Positions 13,098 through 25,298 of a stretch of DNA of 60,177 bases are shown here, piece after piece. This DNA is from Catajapyx aquilonaris (lineage: Eukaryota): NCBI GenBank assembly GCA_000934665.2, contig KZ538589.1, positions 1 to 60,177 of the forward strand, in the 5' to 3' direction. The translations under genes and the position numbers were made by a program. Under the pieces are notes generated by a model, which saw only the letters and a program-made list of their open reading frames with translations, did no database searches and had not been told where the DNA came from. Position 1 is the stretch's first letter; each line of letters opens with the position of its first letter.

Positions 13098-14095
13098 TTT
13101 TTTTATTGTTTATTTATTTATTTATTACCCCTTGCTCAGGGCTGTAGCCCTNNNNNNNNNNNNNNNNNNNNNNNNNNNNNACACATTTCCAGTTTCCATA
13201 TTACAAAATTACAAAATTCCTTATATCTCTATTTCATTCTTAGTTTATTCATTAACAACACTGGCCTTTTGTTAACTTTGTAGGAAAAAAAAGAGAAAAA
13301 AGAAGAAAAAAAAAGAAAAGAAAAGAGGACAGGAAATTTGAGTATTGGAGCACATCTCATATGAGTTACTTTTACGGGACTACAAAAATTGCTTTAGTAT
13401 GCAGAAAATTTAATTCGTTTGTTAACATTATGAAAGAACTTAAATAAGGCAAAAATGTGTGTTTTTTTGTGATGTCATGGTAGAGCAGATGGTAATGTGA
13501 GGGTGGATATCTGGGAAAATTGTATAGGTGGTTGGTTCTCGGAGTCGAAAAGTATCTGCATTCGTAAATTAAGTGATGTGCTGTCAGTGGTTCCTTCATG
13601 TTACACCATTCACAAAAATCTTCATTAAAAAAGCAAAATTGAATCTGCTTTCAAACGTACATACTTTGAGTTGTTTCTTAAATTTGCTATCATTCTTAAC
13701 TGCATAATTGGGAGACCATATGTTAAATATTCTTCCTGGTCATAACTTAATTTAATTTCTTTGTAAAACAAATATCTCGTAGTATGTTGTAACATCATAA
13801 GGGTTTTGTTTTTAACGTTTGACTTTAAAGTTTCAATTGTTGAGGGTAAATTTATAAAAAGTTCATCCCAGCTTAGATCATACATTTGAACTAGGTGTTT
13901 ACATGCGAATAACCAATTATCTCTGGTCTGTGGGTTATCTTCGTTTGTTTTTTGTGAATATGTGTAAGCTTCCTTCACTAGTCTGTTATTTTCAGTATTA
14001 ATTAACTTTTCAATATTCCTGATAATCGTTTTAATAATGTTACTGTCAGTGGGAGTTGTGTAGATCAGATATTCTGTATGAGACTCATGATAGAA
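13098..14095 (-). mobile_element. 3-prime fragment of a non-LTR retrotransposon with (TAAA)n tail
   Basis: Minus ORFs 13625-13978 and 13372-13599 include a CEWC..H..YEC zinc-knuckle-like C-terminus typical of LINE ORF2. The TAAA-repeat tail at ~13100-13125 abuts the RTE break point. Confidence 0.65.
13152..13180. other. Assembly gap
   Basis: Run of 29 N. Confidence 1.
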
Positions 14096-16859
14096 ACGTG
14101 TTTAGCTGTAAACAAGAAGGTTTACGTTGCCTTTGTAGACTTACAGAAAGCGTATTACACAGTAAGTAGGGAAGGTTTGTGGGAAGTTCTGTATGGAGTG
14201 TGAAGGGCCGCCTGTTGGAGGCTGTCATTGTATGAAGAGAGTCGAGCTTGTGTCAGAACAAGTGGGGGTTTCTCTGACTGGTTTAACATTAGTGTTGGAG
14301 TTAAGCAGGGTTGTGTCATAACATAATATTGGGTTGTTGCAGATTTTTGTTGTTTCATGACATGTTAACTGGACATTTCCCTCTGGTACTTATGGTGACT
14401 CTTAATCCAGGTTTGTCGTGAACTGTATTGAGAACGCTTGCCCTTCATGTCACTGAGCTATATGCTAACCACAGCGGTAGTGATGGCAAGATGGCCACTA
14501 CTGACACATGTGCATAATTACCATGAGTTTGTCGGTAACTTAAGTAGGTTAAGGTTCTTGAAGACTGTTGGGGGATTTATGTAGCTCTCTACCAACTACA
14601 CGAACGGTACATGCTGCATTTTAATCAATTTTATTATTTTGTTGAAGTTTGAGGATTATTTGGTGTGAAACAAACCACCTATTGTGCAAGCATTTTATTT
14701 GTGGAAGTAATGTTTTGTGAGCAGTACCGGTATTATTGATAATTCTTCCCACAGGAGAATTCATGACCAGTGACCATCCGTTGTGATGGTCCCCAATTGT
14801 TCTTGTTGAGTTGTTGTGTATTGGTACAGTACAGCTGTGTATTATATGAGTCCACTCTGCATTTTTGTCAAGGGAACATAACTTGAAACAAACATTTACT
14901 CATGAAATGAGGCAATGTAATGTCGGGATATGGTGCTAATACTTATACTCATATACTCATGGAGAAATTTGTACTGTGTGGTATGGAGTTGTTGTCCGAG
15001 GAAGGTTTTGGTAAGATATAGGCCTACTGGTATTATTTTTTCGTTTCTCGAGTTGAATTTTTCTGGTCATTCATCCGAGTAGTTAATACATCACATTAAC
15101 ATAACATAGGATTGTTTCGTATTTTTGTTGCTTCATGATACAATTATTATTATTGAACAAGCAGTAGCACCCATTCTGTATTTTATGCATATAATACTAA
15201 TGGTTTGACTAATTCTTCTGGTTAGACAATGGTGGCTATATTTGAGGACATGTGATGCCACATTTTGCTACACTAAGTAAGTAATACTGTTTATTTGTGC
15301 ATCAGTAAATGTTGAGTCTTACCTTATGCTGCATGTGTGATGTTGAGTCTACATTCTCATCCTTGCTATGGATCAATGGATGCATGGATTCCATCATTCC
15401 GTATTCATTACAGTTGAAATAAGGCAGGTAGAAAGTGATCTCTGTTTTTCATTTTATTTATGTAAAAAATCAATTTGGTGTACGCAGACAATTTCTGTTG
15501 CAATGCTTACCAATACAGATGCCAATATGTAGAGGGCAGGCAGTTCCAGAACTGATCCAAGTCATTCACCTCTCTATGTAATAATTGAAGCTATGGTTCA
15601 CACTTGCTTCCACATGTCCATCTGCCTCACCTTGGTGTCTTCTGATAGCCAGATAGCCACAGTTGCTTTGGCACCTTCCTAATAAACCTAAACCTAAATC
15701 TTTGATATATCGCAGGCGGTGTGTTATTCACAAACAAATGTAGAATCGCTACATTTTGCCAATATACATTTCATGCTTTCAGTCCGTGAATGTTGTCACC
15801 TTGGTTCACACAATCTGTCGTGTTGCACCTTTTAGTAGAACTGGAGCACCATTGCAAATCGGGTGTTCTAATGGATACAGTGTTCATCTTGATGCTTACA
15901 TATTTAATAATTGGTGTCAATTCCATGTCTCTCTTATTCACATAAACAGTACAGTCTTAGATTATCTCCTCTACCATTCTGACAATGTTGCAAGTAGCTT
16001 AGAATCTGCACCATCCCCTGCACTTATCTCAGTTTTGTCACCTTACAAGGAGTACAATCTGGTTATAAGAAGCACTGTTGTCTTCTTGGTTAGGCCAATT
16101 TGTCACCATACAATCCTCATCCTCGGACCATTCTACGAATAATTCAAACAGGTAGTCCTTACTATTTTGCTTGCCTGTGTTGAAGTGGGTCTTCCTTTTC
16201 GTCTTCTTCTTCTTGGTTTGTAGAGGAAGTTTTCTCTTCTTAGAAGGTGGAGATGGCTGCTCTTGTCCTTCTTCTTCGTAATTGTCGAATAGGAAGACAC
16301 CAATTCGTTTCTTCCAAACAGTCGTCATGGCCAAAGGTTGACTTGGAGTTGGAAGGTTAGGAGGTGAAGGTGGAGATGGAGTCGGATGTGGTGAATCAGG
16401 TGTATTTGTTGGGGTAACGACACTGGACAAATTACTGGATAGTGATGGCATGGATTGTTAGTCAAGGATGTTTTAATGGGGAAGTGTTTTATTCCTCAAC
16501 AATCACGGCGAGGCTTGAAATAATGGATGCCTAATTTCTACCAACCTCCTATCTTAGCCATATAACGTGTCAGTGAGGTGTATACTCGTAGCTTTACTAC
16601 AGGATTCCGTATTTCTAAAATGCCTAACACAATTTTCGCTTGAATTCATGAAAAACATGTATGATGATGATAATTATGGTGATTACATAACATGTCGCTA
16701 GGGTGATTGTGAGTAACTAGTGCAGTGGTACACAGGTGGATACCTATCATGAATAAGGAAAGAGGATTCTCCACACAGACTCATGTGCGCTAATGTGTCT
16801 TCCTATTTGATAAGATTGGACCTCATCATGTTTCCTCATGGCGACAATTCCGTGGACTC

Positions 16860-17400
16860 TGTTTGGTGACGGCGAAGGTCTGGATCTGGAAATTCGGCAG
16901 ACGAGATAAAAGAATCAATCTGGTTTGGAAAAATGGAAGTTTCCAGCCACAAGAAAATGTGCACATGCGGAAGATTACCTCTCTTTTGCCATTCTATGAA
17001 GTGCATATGACAGTTGCTGGGTGCCAACACCTTCCTCTTACTGTTAGTAAGTTCATAAGGCTGATGACCTTCAACCTGAAGACCCTACAAACGATGTCAT
17101 TCCTATCGTAAGACTTCTCTGATTAGGCTTATAATTCCAAACCGGGAATGGGGTATGGGGCAAGAAAGCCAGCAAGTTCTGTCTGGATATATAATAGGAT
17201 ATGTACGTCCTCCAGTTTGGATTGCACGTAAACGTAATGAAACCATACTTCCTGGTCATGTATGTAATGGCGTCTTGGGTCCTTTCGTGTAATGACTTGG
17301 TCCCCTCAGTGAATGATTATGGATGTATGACCAAGTTGACCAACATTTTGCTCATTACGATCCGCATTTGTCGTCCCATCAAATGAATGTAATTTTCTAC
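16860..17400 (-). mobile_element. Helitron Rep (HUH endonuclease) domain relic
   Basis: Broken translation ERTQDAITY..FITFTCNPNW and IEWQKRGNLPHVHIFLWL..IDSFIS.AEFPDP matches Helitron Rep motifs 1 and 2 (FxTFTCNPxW; EfQKRGLPHxH). Confidence 0.88.
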
Positions 17401-17759
17401 CCGAAGTTTCTTCTCATTTATCCACCCCTATATAGCAACCTTGCCCGAAGTTCAAGTTTTCTTTGTTGATTATCGAATATTGATTATTTTCGAACGTGTG
17501 TGCGGGGGAGAAAAATCCTCACTTTTGGTCGAATGTGTGGAAAGGAATACTCTACACGTAAACTATCAGAATGCAATTTGATAGCAGTAGTCGCAGCACA
17601 CTGGCTGTAATTTGCAGAGTAAATGTTGTGAAATTAATATCTTGTGGCTTTACAACGGAACAATGTCCGACTTTGACCATACGATGATGGGCACAGCTCG
17701 GTATGTTGTTCTGCGTTGATTTATTAGCAAAACGATGCATATCGATGCTTAATGCGACA

Positions 17760-18170
17760 AAAATTAAGTGACATACAGCCCAGCCCTGAAAGACAGCCTG
17801 CATATTATAACCATTCCAAGATGGCCTTGATGACAAATCCAGCCATGAACTTGTCATCCACAAAACATCTAGGGACATACCAAGACGATCACTTTCAGGA
17901 GGAAATACATGGTGCAGGACTTGAGACTTGGGGAGGAGGGCTTTTTGTACCAACTAATTTGGAATGAACCCCTGGCAGCTATTTCTCCAGCAGATGGAAC
18001 ATTCACTGCTACTCTTTAGCGCTCATGGGTGTTGTGCATTTGAGTCCTCCCATAGCGTGAAATGTCATCCTTTTCCCGTCCAGAGTGCGGATGTTGAAGT
18101 CCGCATTATCGAAGATGAATTGGATGTAACTTCCTGAACTGGTGGCTTGGCCTGTACTGCCAGAGAAGGA
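17760..18170 (-). mobile_element. DNA-transposon-derived coding relic, family not assigned
   Basis: YIQFIFDNADFNIRTLDGK..TFHAMGG and PSWNGY.MQ resemble a widespread invertebrate transposase-like protein family; frames are disrupted. Confidence 0.55.
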
Positions 18171-20294
18171 AGCGGGAAAGGTTTCTCTCAGATATAGACT
18201 TATTGCGAACATGTATACGCTTACTAATAGATAATATTATCCTACAGCTGAATTATGGCGATTCAATACAAGGTGGGTCTATCCCATATCAAAACGACCA
18301 TGGCCCTGGTGTCTTGGTCACTTATAAATTAGGTGAAAAATGCCTTAGAATTTGCTCAAACTGACGTGAGATTTCGGATATTTATTTAAAAAAAATACTG
18401 ATGATTTACTTATGGAATGTTACACTATTTTTCTAAATCTACTGGAAGTTTGCCTCAGAAATTTGCAAGCAGCCTATAATACCGAGAGGAAGTGCTCACT
18501 TTTCGCAACACCATGTTTAATACACTTTGGATTACTTAATCTCGAGTATTCATGGTTAACACCTCCTGAAGAGTTTTAATGTTAACTCACACCGGCATCC
18601 CTCTGAAGCGTCAGGCCGCGTTTTAATAGGCTTTGCTGATGACTCGTCAGGCGAAGCATGACGGTAGATAGAACAAATAACAAATAATGCACAATAACAG
18701 CGACGTAGTTTTGTTTGCACTACCATCTTGTTTCAGTCGTCCGTTTCGACAAAGCTGGTGTCGAATTGTCAGTCCTTTGTAGTACTTCTGGTTATGGGTT
18801 ATTATTATTGATCACGAAGGTTCAGAATATTCTGAAGGGTAGATTATCAGTATTGTCAGGTCTTTTTTTTAAAAAAATGGTAGTATACAGTATAACGGCT
18901 CTCTTCAGCTTTTGTCCATATTCTCTGGATTTCGGATTTTTTAAAAAAAAGTTCTGTAGTTGGAGTGGTAAGCAGTACGCCCCAATATAGCCTTTTTTGA
19001 TCTCGGACCCCTCTGATTAGTGGGCTAAAGAATAGTATACGGTACTTATTTAATTTTGGGGGTATTTTTGTCTCCATTTACTTGCTGACACTTGCACATC
19101 ATCCATCTTGTGTGATTGATACCGGTACTTCACTCAACACAAAACTGGAGTTTTTTGTGCATTTATGACTCTTTGCTCAGGTGCTCTTAGACTTTAGTAA
19201 TATCCGGCCGGATGCCTCATCTGACAGTGGTGGAATTTATAAGACTATGATAACATACAGGGGAGTGAAATTAAAAATATGTAACACTAACTTTGCTTCT
19301 TATTCTATTCCTGATGCGTATTTCGTGAACGATTCGATGTTATGTACAGTGCAGTACTTATATGCCACAAGTGATGTGGAGTTTGCCATTATCTTTATAG
19401 TGTCCACGATGAGCTGAAAGTATAACGAGCGATAATAACCATAGTGCTTTTAGAGAAAGTTACATTACTGTGTTAAAGACAGTAATTAGACGCCGTCGCC
19501 ATTATACAGCATATCCTTTCAAACATTGCTAAGGAAGAGTGTCGATGCTTTAATTTCCACTAGGCAAGTAATTGGCGCTGATCACAGCTGTCTTCCTCAT
19601 TTTGCACCCACCTCAAGAATTGGTCGGGGCCCTTAGTCAGTTTGATGTCATGTATTCGGTGTACAGGTAGAGGCCATGTCTTGTTAACTGAATTGATTTC
19701 ATTATTATGGTATTATCACGCCTCAGGTGATAGAAAAATTACATAGCTTGTAATTGCCCATTATATACCAACTTAGTTACGACAATGTCAGGCTGATACT
19801 TGACAGGTAGGTACTGGATTTGCTGTGTAATGGCTGATTCGTCAGTTTGGGAATATAAACTAGTAGCCTTGTTTTCCCCATGCCTTTTGCTAAAAGAAAG
19901 TGCTGTTGTAGTATATCAGAGGTTCACACCATATCATTTTATAGTATGATCGTGCAGTGCAAAATATTTTGATACATTTTAAGCCCTTATCATCATCAGT
20001 ATCTTTGTCGAATTAGCATGCATGCTATCGTGAACAGTCACAACAAGCATTTCGACTAGTACACTCAGTTCAAAATCTAGTGTAAATCAACCACATCCTG
20101 TATCTTTAAACACGTCATGGATAAGGCAGTTTAGATATGTCATCGCTCAGCAGTGTGTGACTGATTTGCTGTGGAGAAGGACATGTTTTATTCATCTTCT
20201 TCTATTATTGGGTGACATTTCGTGACAAGACGTTGGATTGAGAAAATATTTGTTGGATTTGCATACAGTGTATGTGCAATTATTATTAATTGAT

Positions 20295-22857
20295 ATGGAG
20301 AAGAGAAAGTTTTCGTGAGTATTCCACGCATTGTAAACATTTAATGGACAATATGGCCCTTTTGTTTTGGTATGGAATTCTTCCTTGTAGTGACAGCCCG
20401 CAAATTTTTGCCATATTTGTTCAAATATTTAGATCACTGATATGAAGTGTGAAAAAAAATTAAAGTTTAGTAAAACTTTTTTACCTCAGTTGAACATTTA
20501 AAAAAAAATTAGCCCTGGATTTTGAGGGAACAGTCACACTCAACTGAGTGTGTCCATTATCTCATTATTTCCACATTGCTAGATAAGTGAGCTCCTTTTC
20601 CGTGTGCAGATATAGAAGTACGTCATGTGATTCAAATGTGGTTGAAAAGCGAGTAATGTATAATAGTTTATGACTCGAAGATGTTTTGACGTACTTGAGT
20701 TGGAAGCAATGTTAGCAGCCTCTGTAGTGCTTCTGTGCAGCCTTTCCGTTAAAATTTCACGAGTCATTATTTGCTATATAATATTGAAAAATTCAGCTTG
20801 TCGCATTGTGCCTCATAATTATCATTTTGTTTGACTGTCTAAGAACAGGTCTGCATTTAGAGCTGAGATAAGATACGTCATAATATCAGATAATTACCTC
20901 ATACAATCTCTTATCCACAGTAAGCTAACAGATAATAAAGTGGCTTCCATATACAGTATAAAAATACTCGGAGAATGTGTTTTTCCTGTTGGGATGTACT
21001 GTAGATGTCAAATGCTGTATTGTGTCTTTGGTTATTTTGACAGTACGTTTGGTATATCACGTTGCTTCCAATCATGTCACAACTTTTTTGCACAGTAGAT
21101 TTCTGGCAATGCCATGTTGCGAAATCCGGGGGTGAACATCTCCAGAAGTTGTCATTAAAAGTACATCAAATCATTATGAGCGTTGTTATTACAAATACTC
21201 GGTGCATTAATATATACTGTATGAATGATAAATCAGTGCATTGTCTGTCCTAAAACAAACCCAGTACATTACGTCTAATTTTATCGTCTCTGGTGGTGTT
21301 TTCTACGCAGCCTTATACTGATCTGTTCTTGTTCTCATATGAAGGACTTCCGGAGAATCGTTGTATAAGGTATTGGAGCTTTCAAAGGGATCTACATCTG
21401 AAGATGTTAAGAGGATGTACCGGCGCTTGGCCCTCAGATACCACCCAGATAAGAACCCGAACAATCCGGAGGCGGCTGAAAAGGCAACAGTTATTAATTC
21501 CTTGGTATTAATGGTTCATATTTAATTGTTGTGTGCAGTTCAAGGTCATCAATCGTGCTCACATGATACTGGGCGATCCGACCAAGAAGAATATTTACGA
21601 CAAGTACGGTTCTTTTGGCCTCTACATTGCCGATCATATAGGGGAGGATAATGTCAACCAATATTTCATCATCACATCCTGGTGGTGCAAGGTAGAACTT
21701 GAGCCAATGATTTATTTCAGTTGGTTATACATATAACATTAAATTTTCTTCCTACCAGTCGTTGGTGGTTGTCTGCGGAATATTCACTGGATGTTATCTA
21801 TGTTGCTGCTTCTGCGGCTGTTGTTTTTGCTGTTGCAACTTCTGTTGCGGTAAATGTGCACCTGAGGATCCTGAAGATGCCGGAGATTATCAAAACTTGC
21901 CTGTAAGTGGCAGACGCTGTCTTTCTCCATTGAATTATTGCTGTTGTTAATTACAATTTGGCAACAAGCATTGTCTGCAATGCTTGTGGAGAAATCAACT
22001 AAATACTGGTAATCAGTCATTGGGCCTTGCACAAATTATGGCCCGAGCTATGAAGTAATTTCATCATGTAGAAGATTATAAAGAGGTTGCAGTGCAGTCA
22101 TTGGGTATTTTTCAGTAATGAGAATGTATTGGTTTCAACCACAATATTTTACAGCAGTTTAAGCTATTGAAGTAGCTCTGAGAGCTCCAAAATGGGAGAA
22201 GCCTGAACTTGGTTTCCATGTGGTTTGTATAAGTCATGAAAAATATTATGTCTTTCTAAGCTAAGGTTTAGACTGGCGAAAGGCTGCTTCCGGAAACGCT
22301 TCATCACATACAGGCCGAATAAAATGGCGCAAGACAATTATAGTTATAGCTCACATTAGTAAATTGGGTCTTCTATTGATGTAGTCACGCTAGTTACTGA
22401 TAGTATGTTTTTTGGGGGGATAAGTCGACTGATTTGCGATTGTTATTTCTTCTGTCGTCTAAAAACAGGTGCCTGACAATGACAGTAATGATGTGACAGA
22501 AGAGAATATGGAAGTGGTGACCGAACAACCTCGCAGTTCTTATGTGAGTTTGGTGGAATTGTATGTGTCCGTCACACTGTGTCCATTCGGCAGGGACCTG
22601 AGCAGCACATCAACGCTTGTTCCAAGCACCCTATAGTAATATTAATCTTAAATTGGTTTTTTACAAATGTTCCTTCTTGCATTGTGTGGATACAGGAAGA
22701 GCGAGATGATGAGTCGCCTTCTCGAGATGAGTCGCTTGACTCGATCACCTCCCAGCCGAGAGCACAGGTCTACGCTATGCCACCACCTCCTGGCATGATG
22801 GAAGCCATGGGGTCAACACCTAACCCCTGTGACAATCCTGCTTACACATCTGGTTGA
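20295..22857 (+). CDS. Csp: Cysteine string protein (DNAJC5-like Hsp40 co-chaperone), 6 coding exons, ~230 aa
   Basis: Exons 20295-20314, 21345-21483, 21539-21691, 21759-21902, 22469-22543, 22696-22857. [38 protein letters not shown] (J domain with HPD), [13 protein letters not shown], cysteine string [22 protein letters not shown]. Confidence 0.92.
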
Positions 22858-24390
22858 AGCATACTGACCTTTGTAAATCGGGTCATTACACAAGGCAGGT
22901 TGTATTACTGTATTTAACAGTTGCAAGTTGAATAAACAATATCTCATACTGTGGAATTCTGCTGACATTTTATAGGAACAACCATGGCTACGTTACTGTT
23001 GGTTTCAGTGGCATTTTGAAACAGGTTATTGCTTGCCTAACGTGTTGCAGAAAAAATTAATATTTAAATAATTCGTTTAGTTAAAATGTGTACTGCAATA
23101 TAGGCCAACGAACGTAAGATTGAACATATTCGTCTGTTTTGTTTATTACATTGGAGTAAGCCTACAGGATATCTGATGAAGTGGATGTTTTATTGCTTGC
23201 ACCACTTTATGGTGTTGAGTCTTAGGCTGGGCTTTCTGTACTATGCAAAAATGTGCGTACACTGGAAGCTCATAAGCTATTCTGTTAACTTAGGACACTT
23301 ATTAATTTCCCGTTTTATATTAATTTTATGCTGATAGGTTAGACGTTAGAGCATACACAGGTGATAAACTTTGAGGATCTCATGATTTGTAATTTTGGAC
23401 AACATTGTACTGTATTTTCCGGATAATTCCAGGTATTTTCTGAATTTTGTGTTTTCAATCAGCAGCTGGAATTTGAGTCGTTTTGCATCGTTTTCTGTCA
23501 TTGCATCGTGCTGCGTCGTTGCGTTTTGCATTTTAGTCACATTCTTCATGTTCGCCCGGGAGACTGTCAGACTGGTATTGGTATTTGTAGTGTACTCTTC
23601 CAATCTTGCGTTATTCTCACACTATGTCATAAGATGGGAATGAAAATAGTATTGGCAATAATACTGTTGTCTGAATTGGGTAGCTTTCCATTTTTTGATA
23701 GATTCATTCAGTTCAGTAATATGAGACTGGCATCCTGCTAGGCTCAGTTGACATAACTGAGCCAACGAGTAGCAATCTTATTCCATTTCTAGTTACAGGA
23801 GGTCTCCCTTGCTGCCATGGAATTATTTTGTGGTAATTTCGGCGAGTTGGACTTGAATTCCCTGTGTAAGATGGTTAAGAGCCAGATGATGGAAGAGGGG
23901 CTGAAATGTGCCATATGGATGACTGATTATACAAAATTGTCATAAGACTTGCTGCATGAGCACTTGCTTGCTGCCGTGTATTGGAGCTGAGTTTGTGCAT
24001 CTAAGGAAAGTATGGCTATTACAGTGATTGCAATCGAAGATACGTAAAACGTCCTGGCAGGTGTTTGCTTCTGGGTATTCCTTGAAAATTAAAATCATAA
24101 TTTTTGAATTTAATGTGCGACTGTCGGATGTCCGTAGCTCAACTCTGAAGCCCTCGTGTGTACTCCGCTTCCATCCCACTCTTTGTCTGATCAAGTGCCC
24201 GAGCATCAATATCTTTACAAAACAAAAGTTTCCTACAATATTTCCCCACATTACGTAGGACGATCCTTTTACAACTTTTGCAGTACCGGTATCAAGGGAG
24301 TTTTTTTTTTTACACGGTGATGACTTACCCCGAAGCAGGGTGTCATATGTGGCATGTGAGTGTTATACTGTTAAGTGAATTGTCCTTAGA
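22003..24390 (+). repeat. Segmental duplication unit, copy 1 (Csp 3-prime half and downstream)
   Basis: Colinear similarity with 34810-38220, from ACTGGTAATCAGTCATTGGG through GTGAATTGTCCTTA. Confidence 0.9.
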
Positions 24391-25298
24391 TGCCCGTTAA
24401 TTATTAGCTCCTGGTCCGTAGCATCATCCACGCCTCCCTTATTGTTACTCCCACCTGCATGCGGGACACGACTCGTCGTAATACTCCAACAGTAGTACAG
24501 TTTCGTACAACAATATGGTTGTCGACACATACCGTCTTGTCCGGCGTACAATATATCTTATCAACTTCTCCCTGGAGAGATTTCTCCAGGGCCTGTGTAA
24601 TTGGTCGCTTTGAAAGTGGGGATAGATGGTTCTGCTTAATGTAGATCTCGATTTATGTAAGTGGCGATCCAAACCAGAGGGTTGATTCATCAAATGTCGT
24701 ACGTCGTAAGTCGGTTGCTTGGGCTTCTTCTTGATGTCCTTTTCTATGAAATGTGGAAAGGGTGGTCGTACTGCCCGACGACGTTCGTTGGAGCCTTTGC
24801 ATGACGACTCTCCTCTGACAGCTCTCTCTGAGTAAAGCATGTGAATATTATTCATCCACAATTAATATAATTGTTATTGTTGCTGCTTATTGTTAATGTT
24901 CTGTTCTCTACTAAACGCACTACTGTATGTAACTAATATAGCCATCAGGACGTAAGCTGATTGAAGTAGTGCAATACAAAGAGTGTAATAATAATTGTTA
25001 TTCTCTTTGGTGCAACCAACAGAAAACGATAAACAACAGCAACCTGGAAAATGTCTATTGGTGATTCTGATAACGTGGCTTGTTGAAATGTCCGGTATTG
25101 TGTGGTTGCCAAGAGAAGGATGTTGTCGTTACATTTAATAATTTCGATTGCCTTTATTCTGACTGGAGTCTGTAAGGCGAATCTTTTGTCAAGTCATGTC
25201 CAGTAACTGTTAAGTCTTCTTCACTTGAGCAGCAGGAAGCTTCCCTGAAAATATTTCCGATTATTGCTGCTGCTTTCACTGATCATCGTTGAAGAGAG

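Larger units (their letters stand above)
12720..14330 (+). mobile_element. Degenerate non-LTR retrotransposon reverse transcriptase (RTE-like), split by a second LINE
   Basis: Broken translation WRDPIIVP..DCKNYRGIS..KVYAKVLIERVR..QSGFMSGKSCVDHFF (to ~13100) resumes as AFVDLQKAY..VSREGLWEVL..SDWFNISVGVKQGCV (~14125-14320). Confidence 0.8.

Noticed and set aside
15600..16451. Pro/Lys-rich minus ORF and nearby Cys-containing peptides as a gene
   Set aside because: Low complexity, no splice-consistent model or recognisable domain; probably a TE remnant but not assignable.
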